Origin: a virus
Reading direction: 5' to 3' (one strand)
DNA: 64,000 nt
IMG/VR virus record: IMGVR_UViG_3300032309_002930
Coordinates: 22,886-86,885 of that record
Shown piece by piece: positions 47,871 through 58,533 of this stretch (its first letter is position 1; every line of letters begins with the position of its first letter). The translations under genes were made by a program, and so were the position numbers. The notes below the pieces were generated by a model, which was not told the DNA's origin, made no database searches, and was given only the letters and a program-made list of their open reading frames with translations.

Positions 47871-50330
47871 CTAACAAGTCGATCCTGGTGATAAACAATA
47901 ATAACAAGTACATTCATCAACAGGAACTGAACAGGTTACTCCATTTCCACAATCTGGCGAAAATACAAATCCAGTGCCTATACAAACAAATTCGCAATCT
48001 GGGGTAGTAGTAGTGGTAGTTGTCGTAGTAGTCGTGGTGGTGGTGGTGGTGATACCTGGATCAGGTGTTGTAGTAGGTTCTGGAGTTGTAGTAGTAGTGG
48101 TAGTTGTTGTAGTAACACTAATACAGCCCCAACAAGTTCCGCAGATCGTGGAAATTTCATAAGGAGTTTGACAATTAACCACATCCCAACGTGCCTCTTC
48201 AGCACTACTATAAAGATTTAGATTAATACAACAATCATCTGCTATGTATACTCTGATTGTTCGATTTTCGTCATAATCAATCCAAACATGTTTTATTCTT
48301 CCATCAGAAAGATCTGTTGGGCAAATTGATACTTGTTCTGAAGCTATATTGCCATCTAAATTTAATTCAACATGATTATTATTTATATCATTAATGTCAG
48401 GATTATAAAAAGTATCAAAACCTACTCCAATGCTTTGTGGGATTCCATAATATCCCATTCCACCTCCTACTCCACCAGCGGTATCTGATGCACTTTGAAT
48501 AATGAATGTAATTCCATCTGCTCTGCCTAGTCCAGGATCTGGTCCAGTAGTCATTCTCATAGCAAAATGAACACTAAATGGGAAAACTTTAGCTTTGCAA
48601 TCTCTAAATAATATTGGATTTTTATAATAAAAATTACCAGCCTGTCCAAATTCATCATCTGTTAAAACTACATTATTATTTGTATCTATATATGCATCAC
48701 CTATAATATTAAAATATTCATTTAAAAATTCTTGATTATAAGTTATATATGCATGAGGATTTTTAAAAGTAAAAGCTAGTATTTCATGTTTCTCTCTACC
48801 ACCTCCAGTGCTTCCGCCAAATCCAATATAAGCATAATCGCATCCTAGTTCAGGACAACATTCAAGATCATCTTCTAGAATTTTAGTATTATTAGCTAAA
48901 CTTTGACTTAAATTTAATAATCTAGCCTTCAAATCTCTTTGCATTTGTAAATATGCTGGATCGTATTCACCCGATTTATAATGAACATTTGTTATTGAAG
49001 CGCTAGTATATCCATGAGATGGAGTATGGTTATAAAGATCTAAGCTTTGATCGCCTGTATAAAAAGTACCTGCTAAACTACTTATAGAATATAAGCAATT
49101 ATGCATTTTCCTAGATAATTCATCTAAAGCTTGTATATAACTTTCTGCAAACGAAAATTCATTTACTGAATTTATTATTTGAGAGCTTTGAGAAGAACTC
49201 AAAGAAGCAACTGGACAAGGCAAACTAAAATTTATTGTATAAAAACATCCAGTACATTCATTATCATATATATAATTTATAGCGTTTTCTTTATCATACC
49301 CTTGTTCAGAGTTAACTAAATTTTGAGCATTATTTAATGATACATAATTATTCTCTGATGGTAAAATTAAACCAGTAAAATAACAGTTATTATCATATTT
49401 ATTATTTGTACTCAAACTACCTCGGCCACTTAAAAAATCTAAAGGCAAAACTCCAGGATTAGATATAGTTAAATTTAATCCATTAGTTAAATTTACAGTT
49501 CCACCTATCATAAAATTGTATTGAGTATTTTCTGCTATTTTTCTTTGAACTATTCCAGGATAAATTGAATCTGTTCCTATTAAAGCAGTATTATTAGTAA
49601 TTAAAGTTGAACTTCCAGAATAATTTACTATTAAAGAAATTCCATTGGATAAATATGGATCAAACGTATTAGTAAGTGTAGTTAATTTTCCACTTAAATA
49701 TATTCCAGTAGTCAAATCCGTAGGTGGTATATACAAATTAAAAAATCCACTTCCAGTATCTAGTATCATAGATAGTTTCTTTTTTAATGTTAAAGATGGT
49801 ATTGGATTATATACATTATTAGATCTAATACCATTTAATGTAAATAAATTATAATAATCCCAATTTATTGCATCTGAAGGATAGTAAACATCAGAATTAG
49901 ATTTATAAATATTATTCATAGAATTAGGATCTTCTCGATTATAAATAATCCATTTATTACCAGACCAAAAGATTTCTTGATTATAGTTATTTTTACTATA
50001 TCTTGGCTTATCATTATAACTCATATATTCTTTATAAGTACCATTAACAGAAGATAATCCAGCGTTTTCTACTAATATTCTGTCAGATGCAAAATCTGAA
50101 ATATTGAAATTTGTATATCCTACTGCTGAAAAAGTACCACATATTATATCATATTCAGCAGACCTTTTTGAATATTTTCCAAATGAATTATAAACTTCCT
50201 TTAATCCTGATGATAAAGCTAATCCGCTTTTTAAATAACCTGTAAGAGTATTAAAATTTTGAAATACATTATCTGTACAAAAAACTTCATAAGATCCATA
50301 GGCCAACGCAGAGGGTTCATTTAATTTCAT
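47871..50330 (-). CDS. Large virion-associated protein with legume (L-type) lectin domain, Thr-rich tract and Cys-rich C-terminus
   Basis: LTDDEFGQAG..YY, ADGITFII, GGGMGY.G, IGVGFDTFYN..D...NHV, HVWIDYD; poly-Thr; multiple CxxC/CC. Confidence 0.7.
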   Translation of the reverse strand: MKLNEPSALAYGSYEVFCTDNVFQNFNTLTGYLKSGLALSSGLKEVYNSFGKYSKRSAEYDIICGTFSAVGYTNFNISDFASDRILVENAGLSSVNGTYKEYMSYNDKPRYSKNNYNQEIFWSGNKWIIYNREDPNSMNNIYKSNSDVYYPSDAINWDYYNLFTLNGIRSNNVYNPIPSLTLKKKLSMILDTGSGFFNLYIPPTDLTTGIYLSGKLTTLTNTFDPYLSNGISLIVNYSGSSTLITNNTALIGTDSIYPGIVQRKIAENTQYNFMIGGTVNLTNGLNLTISNPGVLPLDFLSGRGSLSTNNKYDNNCYFTGLILPSENNYVSLNNAQNLVNSEQGYDKENAINYIYDNECTGCFYTINFSLPCPVASLSSSQSSQIINSVNEFSFAESYIQALDELSRKMHNCLYSISSLAGTFYTGDQSLDLYNHTPSHGYTSASITNVHYKSGEYDPAYLQMQRDLKARLLNLSQSLANNTKILEDDLECCPELGCDYAYIGFGGSTGGGREKHEILAFTFKNPHAYITYNQEFLNEYFNIIGDAYIDTNNNVVLTDDEFGQAGNFYYKNPILFRDCKAKVFPFSVHFAMRMTTGPDPGLGRADGITFIIQSASDTAGGVGGGMGYYGIPQSIGVGFDTFYNPDINDINNNHVELNLDGNIASEQVSICPTDLSDGRIKHVWIDYDENRTIRVYIADDCCINLNLYSSAEEARWDVVNCQTPYEISTICGTCWGCISVTTTTTTTTTTPEPTTTPDPGITTTTTTTTTTTTTTTTPDCEFVCIGTGFVFSPDCGNGVTCSVPVDECTCYYCLSPGSTC
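48001..48116 (-). repeat. (ACN)n Thr-codon low-complexity tract with 20-bp direct repeat
   Basis: gtagtagtagtggtagttgt at 48004-48023 and 48088-48107. Confidence 0.85.
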
Positions 50331-50333
50331 GAA

Positions 50334-53300
50334 TTAGCTTTGACTTGTTTTACTTAATAAGCCTCCTGGACGTTTTTGCTCAATAATAGTTGTTATTACA
50401 TTTGATTTAATTAAATCGGTGAACTCTCTCATATCTTTCCCAACTCCAGGACCATTATTATTTGTTTGATTATCTTCATCAGAAGATTCAGTTGTCTTTC
50501 CATCACTTTCCATATTAATGGATATCGTTATATTATTTGTATCTCCTCCACTAGAGGTATTTTGATTTTCTATAGATGATTGTAAATCTGTTATAGCTTT
50601 TGTTAACGAATCTAAAGTTAGTGATGGTCCATTTCCACCTAATACTTGATTTCCTACTTGTCCTCCTTCAGCGTAACCTTTAACTTGTCCTCTATTTAAT
50701 TTTTCAAAAAAGTTAGAACCATATCTTTTAACAGCATTTTTATTAACCACAAATTCTCCACCCATCAATAAGGCTGGAATATCATCTTGAGCTTCTCCAC
50801 CAGAAGCATATCCTTTAAAACTTGCTCCAAATCCACTCGATGAACTTCTATAAGTATTTTGTAAAAATGGTGAGCTTGTTGAAGAACTATATACTCTACC
50901 ATTTGAACCCACACCATAACTTGCTCCAAATCCACTTGATCCTCCAATACTTCCTCCTACTTTTCCTGCGCCTCCAAGCATATTACCTATACCACCACCG
51001 TATGAACTTATAAGTCCACCAGCTATTCCCATTCCAGCCCCTATGAATGCTCCAATTAAGCCTTGTTGCTTTTGTCTATTATATCTATCTAATTGTTCAT
51101 TATATGCTTCTTGAGCATTAGCAAGAGCCATGCTATTTGAATTTAAACTATCTTGTAAAGAATTAACATAATCATAATAATCTTGTTCTGCTTGCATTCT
51201 TTCTTGATTTTTTATAGATTCTGGATCAACAAGAGCAAAATTAGAAAGTTCAGAACTAGTAATATTTTCTCCCTTTAGTTGCTCTATATAAGCATCTAAA
51301 CTACTGATTCCAGCTTTAATGTCTTTTGTATCTAAACCTCTTTTATTTTCTAATCCAGAAACATTGAATCTATTATCAAAATTCTTACTAAATGTAAATC
51401 CTCCATCTGCCATTCCTCGAGCAGATCCTTCGTTTATTGAATTTAAAAATCCTGATCCATAAGCTTGTTGAAGAGTTCTTACTGCTCTTTTATTCAATAC
51501 AAACTCTCCTTTGGAAAGCATAGCTGGAACATCATCCATATTTCCAGATCCAGCATTAACATATCCTCCATCAGCATAACCTTTTACTAAACCACCTTTT
51601 GAAAAACCAAGTAATGAACCTAAAATTCCTCCACCACCTCCGCCACCACCTAAAGCTCCTTGTAATTGATTAAAGATTGCTCCCATAAATAGTTTAGTTG
51701 ATATTTCTGTAGCTATTTGTTGGATTTGTTGAAGTATTTGAATACTAAAATCTTTAAATGCATCTCCAGCAGTTTGAGTTCCATTAATAAAGCTTAGGAA
51801 AGCGTTAGAGAATGATGATTTTATATTTCTTGCTGTATCTACCGCTGAAGTATTTAAGTCTTGGAAGAACTGAGTTCCATTGTAACTCATTTCATTTACA
51901 AAATTAGTTGCGGCTCCAGTTATTGGATTATATCCAGGTTTACGAGCAGCGTTTTGTTGTCTTTCTAATTCTTTATTTGCATATTCAGTAGAACTTAAAT
52001 AACCATTAGCAAGATCTACTAAATCATTCATTTTATCAATTTCATCTTGTCTAAATTTTAATCTTCTTTCATCTAATTGTGCATCTCTTGTATGTAAATC
52101 AATTAGCTTTTGATTTTTTTCTAATATTGATAAAGTTGAATCATCTAAAATTGCTTGATCTCGTATTAAATTTTTTTGAGCATTTTCTTGATTTATTAAT
52201 TGTTGAGCAGAATTGGTATAATGCTCTAATATCCTCTTTTGAAGTAATTCCTGATTAATGCTTGCTTCTAACATTGATTTAGCAGTAGTTAATGCATCAA
52301 CCTTTCCAGGATTAGTTGGTGTTATATTATTTAATTCACCAAACAATGGAACATTTGCTAATCGCGCAGAACCTGGAACAAAAGGAGAAAGTGGTATATT
52401 CATAAAAGGAGATTGACTAATTATTTCTCCATTTGCATTTGTTGGTTGTCCATTAATAGTTCCAGGATTTTCAGCATTGCTTTTACCTTTTATTACTTCT
52501 GCAAGTTTAGTTATACTAGAATCATCAATTTTTATTCCTTGATCTTTAAGTTGTGTAGCTATATCAGATACAGTTGTATCAATATTAGGAATATTAACTG
52601 TCATCGCCTCATCTTGTTTAGCGTAATTTTTTATTTGCGTTTCAGCTATTTTACTAATTTCTTCTTTTGAAAGATTTTGACCTGTTGCAGCTAAATATTT
52701 TTTAAGATCTGACTCTAATCCAACTTGAGCAGTATTTAGTAATTCTTTAGGAAGATTTGTTGGACCAATCCCAAGTTGTTTTAATTGATCTAATATTCCT
52801 AAAGCTCCTCTGCCTCTAGTCCCTATATCAGAAGCCCCTAAATTCATTCGTGAGTAATTTAATTCTGCTATTCTATTTGGAAATGCATTTTGTTGATAAG
52901 ATTGTATTCCTCCTGCAAATGAAACTGCTTGTTGAACTCGCAATAATTTTTCTCGTGCAGCATATTCTTGATCAGACAATCTTTTACTATTTGCAGTTGT
53001 TGAATCTAAAGCTTGTAATTGATTAGATGCATCATTTGTATTTCTAGATAATTCAATTAATTGATTTCCAACTGACTTAGCTTGATCTACAAGATCTTTA
53101 TTTGCATTATAATTTTCAAAATAACTTTGAGATAATTCTTTAGCTTGTTTAGATAATTCATCAAAACTTGTTATGCCTTTTAATTTATTAACATCTGTTT
53201 CTAATTTATTTATAAAATCAACTATTTCTGGGTTTGGTCCTGGAATTGCTCTAAAATTAGCTATTTCTGTTCCTCCTAAATTATTTAAATTTCCAGTTGC

Positions 53301-56300
53301 TTTTTGAGTAATTTGTAGTCTTGATCTTTCGTATTCTGCATTTCTAATAGCGTCGTCAAATTGTTTTGATACATTTAATTGAGTAAATTCACCAAATAAA
53401 TCTTTTATAGATTCTAAGAAAGTTCCACGGCGACTTTGAATTTGAGCTGTAACATTTGCTATGTTAGTTTCTCCTTCTGAAAAAATTCTATTTGTTTCTA
53501 TTATATTATTTTCTAAACCATTTAAAAATCCTTTTGCTGCATCTAGTACTTTTTGTACGTTTACTTGACGTATATCATCTACTTCTTCTACTTGATTAAG
53601 TGATTTTCTAAATGCTTCTATATCTAAATCTTTTATATATTTATCATATATCGCTATATTTTTAAAGTTAGATTTTAATTTTAATAATTTTGATTTAATT
53701 TCTTCTGCATTCAACCCTTCGTCACTTAACTTTGCAATAATCTCTCCATAAGTTTGATTACTACCTTCTGGACGTAAAGTAGTAAATTCTTGTAATTGAG
53801 CTTGACGTGCGGCAGATGCTTTTTCTATTTCTTGTGAATTTGATTCTAATCTTATTTGTTCTGGAGTTACTAATGGAAGATTTGAACTTTCTCCAGCTCC
53901 AACATTTGCACTTGCAGCTAAAAGTCTGTCCATAAATCCTGGCTTTTTAGCCAAGTCTAATGCTTCCGCAACTTGTTCTGCTTGTTGAGCTTTAACTTTT
54001 GATTGCTGAGTTTCTAATATATCTGTTTGTATTTCTTGGACTTTAAGAGTGTCGCCTTTTCCTAAAGCATCTAATATAGCGTTTCTTGTTTCAGCTGGCA
54101 AGGAAGCTAAAGTGGCAACTTGAGCAGTTTGTAGCTTTTGTAATTCTTGAGTAGACAATCTTATATTACCAGTATATGCTTGATTTAATTTTTCTGATAT
54201 TCCATTAAATTTAGTAAATGAATCATTTAAAGAATTTAATTTTTCTTGAGAAAGTTGAATTGATTTTTCTAACATTTTAAATGGTTTTTCATCTAATTCT
54301 TTTTGGACAGATAATAGAGTTGTCGCTATGCCAAATGCTCCACCAATAACTGCTCCAGGAACTCCTCCACCAAGAGCTGCTCCAGTAAAAGCGTAACTAC
54401 CAATATTTCCTAATCCAGAACTTATTGCTCTTCCAGTAGTATTATCTTCTGACATAGAAGATGAAATTGCTCCAGTAATTGTAGGCAATAAAATTGATGC
54501 AGCTAAAGCTCCTCCACCTTGACCAAAAGGAACTTTATTACCACCTGTCGTTAAACCGCGTGAGTTTAAAACTTTTTGTCTATAATCTGGATCAAATGCT
54601 CTACTTGCATAATTTGGAATAAATCCTTTAGCTGCTCCAGATTTTCTAGCTGCAAATAAATCTTTAAATCTAGCAATACCTTGTCCTAAACCAGCTGGTT
54701 CATCTTTTGTATTATATACTCCAAGACCAAGTGGATTTTCTGAACTAGATAATCTTGAATCTTGCCCTACTCTAACAGAAGATGGGGATACCCCCGCTGA
54801 CATTTCTCTAACCATAGAAGCCATTAATGGAGAATAATTTGGTATGAATCCAAGAGCTTTATTTAAATTATTAGCTTTTATAAATTTACTAACTGAACTT
54901 TGTCGATTTAGTAGATTTTTTTCATTTCCACTAAATATTTCTTTACCTAAAACTCCAGATGCTGATATAATTTTTTTAGCCATACTTTTTCTATTTTCAG
55001 CACTACTATCGTTAATTTTAAAATCTGCTAATGGAGTATTATAACCAAATAATTTCTTAAGTTCTGGATTAGGAGTTAAAACGTCAAAATTTACACCTTC
55101 TACTGCTGCAGTTTCTTTTCCAAGTGCTAGCCCCATTCCAACTTCGAATGCTGCTCCAGCAGCAGCGCCCAAAGCTCCAGCTGCTCCAGGAGTTCTTTTA
55201 ATTGCAGCGATAACACTTTGTCCTTCGGGCTCAAAAGCTGGAGGTTTAATTGAGGCAGCATATTTTTTTGTACCAGCCGCAACGCCTTTTTCAATTTCTT
55301 GATAAATACTTCTTATTCCAGTTTCAGATCTTGAACCATAAGTACGTACTGGCCATTTTACAGTAATTCCATTATCAAAAGAGTATTCACCAAATGGAGA
55401 AGTTAGTCCTCCATTAGGAACAAGCATTGTTGCAATACCACTTGCATCTAATATTTGTTTTTTGACAGGAATTCCTGAATTAGATTTAATTGCTTGAACT
55501 CTTTGATTTATTTTATTAATATCACTTTCACCAGTAATCCATTCTGGAATTTGAGAAATTTTTCCTTGAGCTAATGATGTGGCGACAGAGTTTATCCTAT
55601 TTCCAGTTAAGGCAAAATTTGGTATATATCCCATTGCCGCATATGGATTAAATCCTAATTTATTTTGAAATGCTTGAGCGTAATTTTTTCCAGCAGAACT
55701 TCCTTGTGGTGGCATTATAGCTGGTTGAGACATTCCAGGGAATTGTTTTACTTCTTCCGCTTTATTATAAACTACTTCACCTTCCCCAGGAATATTCATT
55801 CTTGAAACTGATCCAGGTTTATATCCTCCAAGGTATGCACCATAAACTTCTGCTTGTTCTGCTGAAGAGAAATTAGGAATAAATCCACCACTTTTTGCTG
55901 AAATCTTTCCTCCTACAGAAGTTACTCCTCTACCCATTAAACTTGCTGTTAAACTTGCTGAAACTGCTCCAGCTTGTTCTCTAGCTACTGTTTGAGCTTT
56001 AATTACAGAAAGAATTTGATTTTCTACTTGAAGAAGACTTATTTGTTTAGTTAAAATTCCTTGTATTAAATTTGGATTTTGAGCTAGAATTGAATTGATT
56101 CTTTCTTGAATTTGAGCTTGTTGTTGAGAGCCTTTATTAATATCTAATATTTGTCCTACTGCTTGACCGCTGAATTTAGCAAGATTAATAAATAACTTAC
56201 CAATTACGGCGCCAATTAATGCTAATCCTGGTCCACTGATATAATTTCCTAAACCTTCTAATAATCCTTTTGCTAATTTTTCTCCAGGACCTTTTGCATC

Positions 56301-57503
56301 TGCTAAATTAAATGATTCAAGTGCAGAATTAATATTTCCCAAAACTCCTTCTATCGCTGGAGCAAGAGTTAATCCGCCAACATCTGCTGCAAGTTTTGTA
56401 AAATTTGTTGTTGTTTTATTTATTAATGCAGCTAAAGTTTGATTTAATTGTTCGTTTCTTTTTACCGCTGTATCTGTTGCGTTTGTACTTGTATTTAATG
56501 CACTATTATAAATAGAATACTGTTTTCCTAAATCTCCTAATGCAGCTTTTAAAATATTAATTTGAAATACGCCACCAACTAATTCAGCGACATTAGCTCT
56601 TTGAGCATCAGATAAACCATCAAAGGTTGTAGCTAATTGAGTTAATGTATCAATTGCTGGCTTAAAACTTCCATCAACGTTTCTAGCTTGAATTCCTAAA
56701 GCTTCTAACTGATCTAATACGTCAGTTCTTTCAAGACGAGTGAAAATAGTTTTTAAAGAGTTACCAATAACTGCACCACCTCGGGCAGTAGTTTGCTGAA
56801 CGCTAGTAACTAATGCTACTAATTGATCTAAATTAACTCCTACGCTATCAGCAGATGAACCTACTCTACTAATTGCATCAGCAAGATCCGCACTACTTAC
56901 AGCAAAAGCAGCATCGACTGTTGCTAATTTATTTACGATTTGAGTTGAATCTAAAGCTACTTTATTAAAACTATTAATTGTTGCGGTTAGAGCTTGAGTA
57001 CTAGATACAACATCTAATCCACTCAATCTAGTTAAAATCAATGCATCTCTTGTTCTTTTTAAAGTTTCTTCTACGCCAAGACCTTGTCGAGAAAATTCAA
57101 CTGCTGCTTGAGAAACGGTTTCAAAACTTTGCCCTGTTTGACCAGCTACTTTAAATAATTGATCACCAAAATTAGAAAGATTTTTTGCACTTAAACCTAA
57201 TATAGTATTAATATCTGTTAGATTTTTTTGAACATTAATTGTGGTTTTAACTAAATTTTCAAAACCTTTTTGAATAGCAAAAATTGCACCAGCAGAAGCT
57301 CCGAACGCAAGAACACGAGCGTTAGATGCATCTAATGATTTTCTAAATTCATCTACTGCACCAGTAATTCTACCAAGAGGTTGAGAAAATGCTTTTTCAT
57401 TTAATCCTTTTAATTGATAACCCTTACTAAGAGCCCTTGAGATATCATTCTCTAATGGTCTTGTATCTGCACCTACTGGAAGTCTTCCGACTACATTAGC
57501 CAT
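50334..57503 (-). CDS. Tail tape measure protein (2389 aa) with internal repeats and embedded domains
   Basis: N-terminal TP901-type TMP core (AAVEFSRQG, ARGGAVIGNSLKTIFTRL), long helical regions, C-terminal GYAxGG / DDVPAMLSKGEFV motifs; position between chaperones and tail tip genes. Confidence 0.93.
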   Translation of the reverse strand: MANVVGRLPVGADTRPLENDISRALSKGYQLKGLNEKAFSQPLGRITGAVDEFRKSLDASNARVLAFGASAGAIFAIQKGFENLVKTTINVQKNLTDINTILGLSAKNLSNFGDQLFKVAGQTGQSFETVSQAAVEFSRQGLGVEETLKRTRDALILTRLSGLDVVSSTQALTATINSFNKVALDSTQIVNKLATVDAAFAVSSADLADAISRVGSSADSVGVNLDQLVALVTSVQQTTARGGAVIGNSLKTIFTRLERTDVLDQLEALGIQARNVDGSFKPAIDTLTQLATTFDGLSDAQRANVAELVGGVFQINILKAALGDLGKQYSIYNSALNTSTNATDTAVKRNEQLNQTLAALINKTTTNFTKLAADVGGLTLAPAIEGVLGNINSALESFNLADAKGPGEKLAKGLLEGLGNYISGPGLALIGAVIGKLFINLAKFSGQAVGQILDINKGSQQQAQIQERINSILAQNPNLIQGILTKQISLLQVENQILSVIKAQTVAREQAGAVSASLTASLMGRGVTSVGGKISAKSGGFIPNFSSAEQAEVYGAYLGGYKPGSVSRMNIPGEGEVVYNKAEEVKQFPGMSQPAIMPPQGSSAGKNYAQAFQNKLGFNPYAAMGYIPNFALTGNRINSVATSLAQGKISQIPEWITGESDINKINQRVQAIKSNSGIPVKKQILDASGIATMLVPNGGLTSPFGEYSFDNGITVKWPVRTYGSRSETGIRSIYQEIEKGVAAGTKKYAASIKPPAFEPEGQSVIAAIKRTPGAAGALGAAAGAAFEVGMGLALGKETAAVEGVNFDVLTPNPELKKLFGYNTPLADFKINDSSAENRKSMAKKIISASGVLGKEIFSGNEKNLLNRQSSVSKFIKANNLNKALGFIPNYSPLMASMVREMSAGVSPSSVRVGQDSRLSSSENPLGLGVYNTKDEPAGLGQGIARFKDLFAARKSGAAKGFIPNYASRAFDPDYRQKVLNSRGLTTGGNKVPFGQGGGALAASILLPTITGAISSSMSEDNTTGRAISSGLGNIGSYAFTGAALGGGVPGAVIGGAFGIATTLLSVQKELDEKPFKMLEKSIQLSQEKLNSLNDSFTKFNGISEKLNQAYTGNIRLSTQELQKLQTAQVATLASLPAETRNAILDALGKGDTLKVQEIQTDILETQQSKVKAQQAEQVAEALDLAKKPGFMDRLLAASANVGAGESSNLPLVTPEQIRLESNSQEIEKASAARQAQLQEFTTLRPEGSNQTYGEIIAKLSDEGLNAEEIKSKLLKLKSNFKNIAIYDKYIKDLDIEAFRKSLNQVEEVDDIRQVNVQKVLDAAKGFLNGLENNIIETNRIFSEGETNIANVTAQIQSRRGTFLESIKDLFGEFTQLNVSKQFDDAIRNAEYERSRLQITQKATGNLNNLGGTEIANFRAIPGPNPEIVDFINKLETDVNKLKGITSFDELSKQAKELSQSYFENYNANKDLVDQAKSVGNQLIELSRNTNDASNQLQALDSTTANSKRLSDQEYAAREKLLRVQQAVSFAGGIQSYQQNAFPNRIAELNYSRMNLGASDIGTRGRGALGILDQLKQLGIGPTNLPKELLNTAQVGLESDLKKYLAATGQNLSKEEISKIAETQIKNYAKQDEAMTVNIPNIDTTVSDIATQLKDQGIKIDDSSITKLAEVIKGKSNAENPGTINGQPTNANGEIISQSPFMNIPLSPFVPGSARLANVPLFGELNNITPTNPGKVDALTTAKSMLEASINQELLQKRILEHYTNSAQQLINQENAQKNLIRDQAILDDSTLSILEKNQKLIDLHTRDAQLDERRLKFRQDEIDKMNDLVDLANGYLSSTEYANKELERQQNAARKPGYNPITGAATNFVNEMSYNGTQFFQDLNTSAVDTARNIKSSFSNAFLSFINGTQTAGDAFKDFSIQILQQIQQIATEISTKLFMGAIFNQLQGALGGGGGGGGILGSLLGFSKGGLVKGYADGGYVNAGSGNMDDVPAMLSKGEFVLNKRAVRTLQQAYGSGFLNSINEGSARGMADGGFTFSKNFDNRFNVSGLENKRGLDTKDIKAGISSLDAYIEQLKGENITSSELSNFALVDPESIKNQERMQAEQDYYDYVNSLQDSLNSNSMALANAQEAYNEQLDRYNRQKQQGLIGAFIGAGMGIAGGLISSYGGGIGNMLGGAGKVGGSIGGSSGFGASYGVGSNGRVYSSSTSSPFLQNTYRSSSSGFGASFKGYASGGEAQDDIPALLMGGEFVVNKNAVKRYGSNFFEKLNRGQVKGYAEGGQVGNQVLGGNGPSLTLDSLTKAITDLQSSIENQNTSSGGDTNNITISINMESDGKTTESSDEDNQTNNNGPGVGKDMREFTDLIKSNVITTIIEQKRPGGLLSKTSQS

Positions 57504-57529
57504 TCCTTATACCTCTTTCCTGTGATAAA

Positions 57530-57535
57530 TTACAC
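57530..57535 (-). promoter_or_regulatory. GTGTAA putative late promoter of the tape measure gene
   Basis: TAGTGTAA on - strand, 26 nt before the start; leader contains AGGTATAAGGA. Confidence 0.65.
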
Positions 57536-57541
57536 TAAATA

Positions 57542-58531
57542 TTAAGCATTATGTAATTTTATGAAGTCTTGGAATGATAAAGATCCGCCTTTCTTCTTTG
57601 CTTCTTCTGTTAAACTTATACCTTTTTCATTTTCTAACCCAATTTTCTTTAAATCCTTAGATGAGGCGCCAACTAAAGATGCTCCTAAAGTTTCTTTATC
57701 ATTTGCTTTAGTAATAGTAGTACTAGCATTTTTAGATCCTTCATACCAATCTATAAGAGCATCTGGATCATTCATAACGTCATCTGGAGGTCTTGTTGTT
57801 GAATTAGTTAATATGCTCTTAAAATATTTAGCCGAAGAAAATAACTCATTTTGCACAAAAGTTAAATTAATTATGGGCTTACCAAAGAATACATATGGAT
57901 CATCATCACATAAATAAAATGAATTTAAAAAGAAACCAGAAAGTGATACTTTTTTAATATTCTTTTCTATTAATTTGGATAAACCTATATTATATTTAGC
58001 ATATAATTCATATAATTCTTCATATTCTAACTCTTCAAATTCTTTTAAATTTAAAAATCTATTATTTAAATTTTCGTCTTTATATAAAGATGTATAAACA
58101 TAATATTCACTTATCTTCTTATTTGTATAAGATTCTAGGGTCGTACCTAATACTTCTTGTCTTTCTTTTAGTATTTTATTTAATTTATTTTCGTTATCTT
58201 TTATTTCAGATGATAGTTGATCAATTTCTCTAGATATAACTAATTTTGATTTAGTTAATTTTAAAGTTTTAATAAAATCTTTAATTTCATTAATCTCATT
58301 TTCTTTTTCTTGACTCCAACTATCTTTTTCTATTAGATTTTTTAGTTGAGTTTCTTCATCTAATAAGCCTAATTTCTTGGCTTTATTCTCTATCTCTATT
58401 TCTCTTTTATTAATTATATTTAAATCTTTTAAACAAAAGTGCTTTATATAAAATGATACTTTATCGTCTTCATAAAACGAATGACCATTCAATATGTCAT
58501 AATATAGTAGCTTTAATTCTTCTTGGTTCAA
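57542..58531 (-). CDS. Putative tail assembly chaperone (downstream)
   Basis: Position between tube and TMP genes; helical, charged; TTG start. Confidence 0.5.
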   Translation of the reverse strand: MNQEELKLLYYDILNGHSFYEDDKVSFYIKHFCLKDLNIINKREIEIENKAKKLGLLDEETQLKNLIEKDSWSQEKENEINEIKDFIKTLKLTKSKLVISREIDQLSSEIKDNENKLNKILKERQEVLGTTLESYTNKKISEYYVYTSLYKDENLNNRFLNLKEFEELEYEELYELYAKYNIGLSKLIEKNIKKVSLSGFFLNSFYLCDDDPYVFFGKPIINLTFVQNELFSSAKYFKSILTNSTTRPPDDVMNDPDALIDWYEGSKNASTTITKANDKETLGASLVGASSKDLKKIGLENEKGISLTEEAKKKGGSLSFQDFIKLHNA

Positions 58532-58533
58532 GA

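Noticed and set aside
47974-48205. Poly-Val and Leu/Pro-rich alternative ORFs; CRISPR-like repeat
   Set aside because: Shadow frames of the poly-Thr codon tract; no repeat-spacer periodicity
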